From Selaginella moellendorffii (taxonomy: Eukaryota; Plantae; Lycopodiophyta), in NCBI RefSeq assembly GCF_000143415.4, contig NW_003314275.1, positions 1,183,955 to 1,247,954 on the forward strand: 64,000 nt of DNA, given 5' to 3'. Under the pieces are notes generated by a model, which saw only the letters and a program-made list of their open reading frames with translations, did not search any database and was not told the origin of the DNA. A program made the translations under genes and the position numbers. Numbering within the stretch: position 1 is the stretch's first letter; each line of letters starts with the position of its first letter. Shown here in pieces: positions 59,971 through 64,000 of the stretch.

Positions 59971-62900
59971 GATGGCATGTATTTATTTAAAAATGTAACT
60001 TATTATGGCATGGGGTTCCATGCCATTGTATTAATATTAAAAGACAATTCTTTGAGAGGATTTGCATTATACTAGAAGTGTTACAGCATGTTATTGGAAG
60101 TCTACAAAGTTGTTTTATTAATAAGGGGAAAGTAAAGATTGAATGGGGACTTGGGCTCCACCTAGACTCGGAGCAACTGAGCCAATATTAAAAGGATGGA
60201 AAGAAATTGGACGACGATGACAAGGAGAAGAGAGAGGTGAAGCAGTGGCAGAGGGAGGAGAAGTGATTGAGTAGACATTTCCTTGTTTAAAATAAAATGG
60301 CATGTGCCTCAATGCAGTTGAATTTTGTTATATTTATATACTATATAAAGGTTTGGAAACCTTATTTTACAAGTGGGATAATGACAATTCCCACTTTAAC
60401 GAAATAGAGCTTATAAAGCTAAAATAAAAATTAATCATTATAAAAGATTATCAATCATCCCATTGATAAAGATACACAAATACTATTGAAAAACAATTCA
60501 CCATCCCAAAGAATGCAAACCATCCATAACCAATAAAATCAAGCAAAACCCTAAAAAGAATAATTAAGTATCCCAAATAATGATCATAATGATCGCTAAA
60601 TGTAAACATTAATTGAAAACACGTCTAGCCAACAGCTTTGAACATAACCGAAGAGGCTTTATACACGATCAACACTCAGCTAAAATTAAAGTGAAAACTA
60701 TGAAATAGACTCATATAGGTACACAACTTCCTAATAGATAAAGATAAACTTGTGTTCACACTGCCTTTAGTCAAATTTAAGAAAAATTTATGAGAGAGCA
60801 TCATAATAATTACTTGAACTAATAGATTAATCTCTATAGTTTTAATTGCACTCATAACTATGTCTAGGAAAGATCCACTAGTGCAATGCTAAATAGCTCT
60901 TACGGTAATATGGTAATAACTCATGATAACTAATGATAGACTAACATTAATTTTACCAACTCAAAATGTACCTTAAGTTGCTAATATGCCTCATTCACAA
61001 GCCCAAGTGTAAACTTGAGCAAATGATATATCTTACATCCATCTTATAAGCCCAAGTGAAATATACAATATAGTATAAAAAGGTAACTAAAATTCATACC
61101 CAAAAAATGCATACAAAGCCAAAAACTCGAGTTCCACTCTATTGTCCTTAGCCCACATGTCCAAAGGTTTAGGTTTCACTTCATGGTTATAAATTACTAT
61201 ATGGTAAAGGGTGAAAACTATGTGCATTACATTTAGTATCAAAGGATAATAAGATTGGGTGACTAATCTTGTTGCATACACCAAGATAAAAATGATGATC
61301 CAAGTGGGTATATATTTGGTTGCAAAGGGCCTTGGGCCACTAAACAAAGGAACAAGTCAAACTTTCGAGCTTACAGCTAAGGAGCAAGGGAATCAAAGCA
61401 TAGAACAACTTTTAAGTATATAGCACAAAGAGTGAAGAGACAAGAGCATGGAGCAATATTGGAACAATTCTAAAGCATTTAGCATCCCACTGCCAAGACT
61501 AGCAAGAAAAATGAAGCCAAATGAAGACAAATAAAGTCTAGCACTATTTCAGTATACTAATGGCCTAATGCAAGCATATGGGTACTCCACTAACTTACAT
61601 AATATAGAGTTTAAGATTAAACCCAAGCTAAATGTAGAATAAGAATAGATATGCAAGCAGGGAGCTAGATTATACCTCAAGTTGATTAGTCATACTCAAC
61701 TTACCCACTATTTCTACTATACATTTAGAACCCTTCAATAATGATATAGAAAATCAAGTAACAAAAAAAAAACACTTCATCACTCAATACAATGATGAAG
61801 AGGTAAATATTTTATCTTGTATAACTTCCCAAACAAAGCAAAAGAAGGAAGCTTAAGTGAAATGAAATTATACTTAAACTTAGGCATCCAAAAGAAGAAA
61901 GACCCGATCTAGGCAATGCTTGTCATAAACAAGTGAGAAGCAATTAAGAACAATTATAAAATCATGTAGTATATAAGTAGCACTTAGACGTGCTGAAAAG
62001 TAACCCTCACTCACTGTTGTATATATTTGCATTAAATTAACTACCTATGACTGTTTATGTAAAGTAGAGTTAAGAGAGTGACATATGCTTATACTTACTT
62101 ATGCCTTTGGGGTTTGAGGTTGAGTTTTATTCGTTTCTATTCTATTCTCCTTTTTTTCTTCTTCTTCTTCTACATTCTTGTCACTGTTTGTTTGTCATAT
62201 TTTACAAATAGGGGCAAGAACACAAGTATAAGTAGAAAAAGCTTTATTCATTTTTGGCGATCACAGTGGGATAAACCATCACTCTTTGGTTTGAAAAACA
62301 ACCGGGAGAAAATTATTTGTGAATTTTAAATATGCTCAGCACTAAGAATCACAAGTAGATTTCTTCAGTGATTGCAAAGGTCTTTAACCCAGAAAACACT
62401 GAACAAAGGAGCTCTTTATGCTATTATAGTGATTTAATACCTAAACAAAGCAAGAAAGATACTTCTTCAACCATCATACAACCCATAGAGCTTGGGATGA
62501 GTTTGAAATTGGAATTCAACATACATTACCAAGAAACTCAAGTTTAAATTGTGTTACTAGCAATTTCTTGAGAAAAATCCAAAAGAAGAAGGAATGGAAT
62601 TTGTTTCATATGGAAAACATAGTCAACTACTCTAGAATTCTTTCCTTCTGAGCAAGTTCTCACTTGGGTTTTTGGAGGCTACATTCAGCATTGTCTCATA
62701 ATTTTTCTAGGTATACACAAGTAGAAAAATTAGTCAATTATAACTCTTATTTTCGACTCTAGCTTAAAGAGAGCTAAAGTTAGTCTTAGTGAAGAATAAA
62801 TTGGGGAATTATTCACCCAAATCTTATGAGGCTTTGATACAAGTAGAATTATAATTAAAATATTGTACTGTCTCAAAGCTTTGATCTAAGATCCTTTAGA

Positions 62901-64000
62901 TTGGACTATTACCCAGACACGATTTGAAAGTAGATTTATCCCAAGTTTAAGTCTTTTATGTATATTGCAAGAGCTTATAAGACTTGAATAAAACTCGTAA
63001 GTCAAAAATTTAGAAACAATTATAGTACACCTAGGTGAATTAATCAAGGTTCATCTCTTAGACATAGAGAATTTGCAAACACTACTTAGTGTGAAAGGTG
63101 CCACTCTTTTATAGATTTTGAGAGCACTCACATCACATCTAACCCCATAGGGAGGAATCAAGGGCAATCATGTAAAATGTGCCTTATATCCTCTAAAGTG
63201 AGGCATAGATAAAGAGCAAATATACAAGTGAATAGGCATGAAAATCCACCTTTCATACTAGTTAAGTGACGTTCAATTACTAAAGGAAATATTCATCAAT
63301 TTATGCATGAAACACCCTTTGCAAGGCATGAACCACCCTTTGTGAGATGTAATCCACAAGTGTATATACCTCCTCACAAAAAAGAATTCCCACCTAGTGA
63401 ATATTTACCACATAGGCAAAATTATACAACTACTCTAGTAAAAATTGTAGCTTAATTTCCACCTACATTTGGAACGCACAGATCACCTCGTATGTTAATT
63501 GAGTTTTTGCTAGACGAAGCAATCGACAGGCTTCACACCATAAATGTAGAACAGAGAGTTGTAAAGTTTGCTACTATGCGTATGCATTAGTCTTGGAGAC
63601 ACTACTATTGTCAATTTGATCTCTAAAAAACTAGAACAAGCTTAGAGATATTAGAAAAGGGTTTTTGTCTAAAAAGATGAAATAGCCTCAGACACATGGA
63701 AATTTTGAAATACATTGCAAAGCTTAAAAAAATTTCATATAAATTTGAGCAAAAACTTGTATTGAACCATTATAATTATTGGCGAAGAGATTAAAGAGAA
63801 ATTTGCCTTGAAAAGCAATTTTTGTTTGAAGCAAAGTTTTCCACAAATTAGATATCACATGTTGAAAAGCTATATAACGTCATTCCATAAATAAATTGAT
63901 CTATAATAGGTTATCATATGCTAAACAATTTGATATAGTAGATTACCATGTCAACTAGACACGTCCTATGTGTTGGTTCCATTCTGATCCAAGTGCTAGT

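Larger units (their letters stand above)
53974..60318. repeat. Dispersed palindromic motif ATGGCATG-N6-CATGCCAT, about 13 copies within the transposon
   Basis: Copies start at 53974, 54290, 54379, 54979, 55139, 55285, 56625, 56682, 58285, 58355, 58391, 60005 and 60297. Confidence 0.9.
53748..60412. mobile_element. Complete 6,665-bp Sola-like DNA transposon with cargo gene
   Basis: 24-bp perfect TIR AAGCTCTATTTCGTTAAAGTGGGA (53748-53771; reverse complement at 60389-60412). ATAA on both sides (53744-53747, 60413-60416). Internal DDD transposase. Confidence 0.9.

Noticed and set aside
53974-60318. Palindromic repeats as a CRISPR-like array
   Set aside because: Copies are irregularly dispersed, not separated by uniform spacers. 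There are no cas-like ORFs and the context is eukaryotic.
53744-60416. Classification of the element as CACTA, hAT, piggyBac or Kolobok
   Set aside because: Termini are AAG..CTT, the TSD is 4-bp ATAA rather than 3 bp, 8 bp or TTAA, and the catalytic motifs fit Sola-type DDD enzymes better.
60413-64000. Degenerate TE coding remnants in the AT-rich right flank (also 49560-53740)
   Set aside because: CpG depletion suggests old TE DNA, but I found no diagnostic motif, LTR or TIR to classify it.

Overview
Eukaryotic nuclear DNA from a compact, gene-dense non-flowering land plant. Introns of about 50-60 nt, intergenic gaps of 50-200 bp and an Orai gene suggest a Selaginella-like lycophyte (inference). 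Bases 1-46.6 kb are GC-balanced and gene-rich: two secreted bulb-lectin chimeras, OPR, an Orai-like channel, two NPF transporters, a kinase-PP2C fusion, an RLP4-like malectin-LRR protein, a YqgF nuclease, an LRR gene and its pseudogene, an F-box gene, a C2-only gene, an MCTP, MICU, an acyl-ACP desaturase, Nup155, NOT3 and presenilin. After about 46.65 kb the DNA becomes AT-rich and CpG-poor and holds a second lectin-chimera pair. It also holds the most striking object: a 6,665-bp cut-and-paste element (53748-60412) with 24-bp perfect TIRs and an ATAA target duplication. This element encodes a Sola-like DDD transposase with extra N- and C-terminal domains and a divergently transcribed HAD/FCP1-like phosphatase cargo gene. 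It carries about 13 copies of a palindromic ATGGCATG-N6-CATGCCAT motif. Also notable: the Orai homolog has Gln at the Orai1 E106 selectivity-filter position and Ser at E190. Gene spans are start to stop including introns and were read by eye. All family assignments come from recalled motifs, not database searches.
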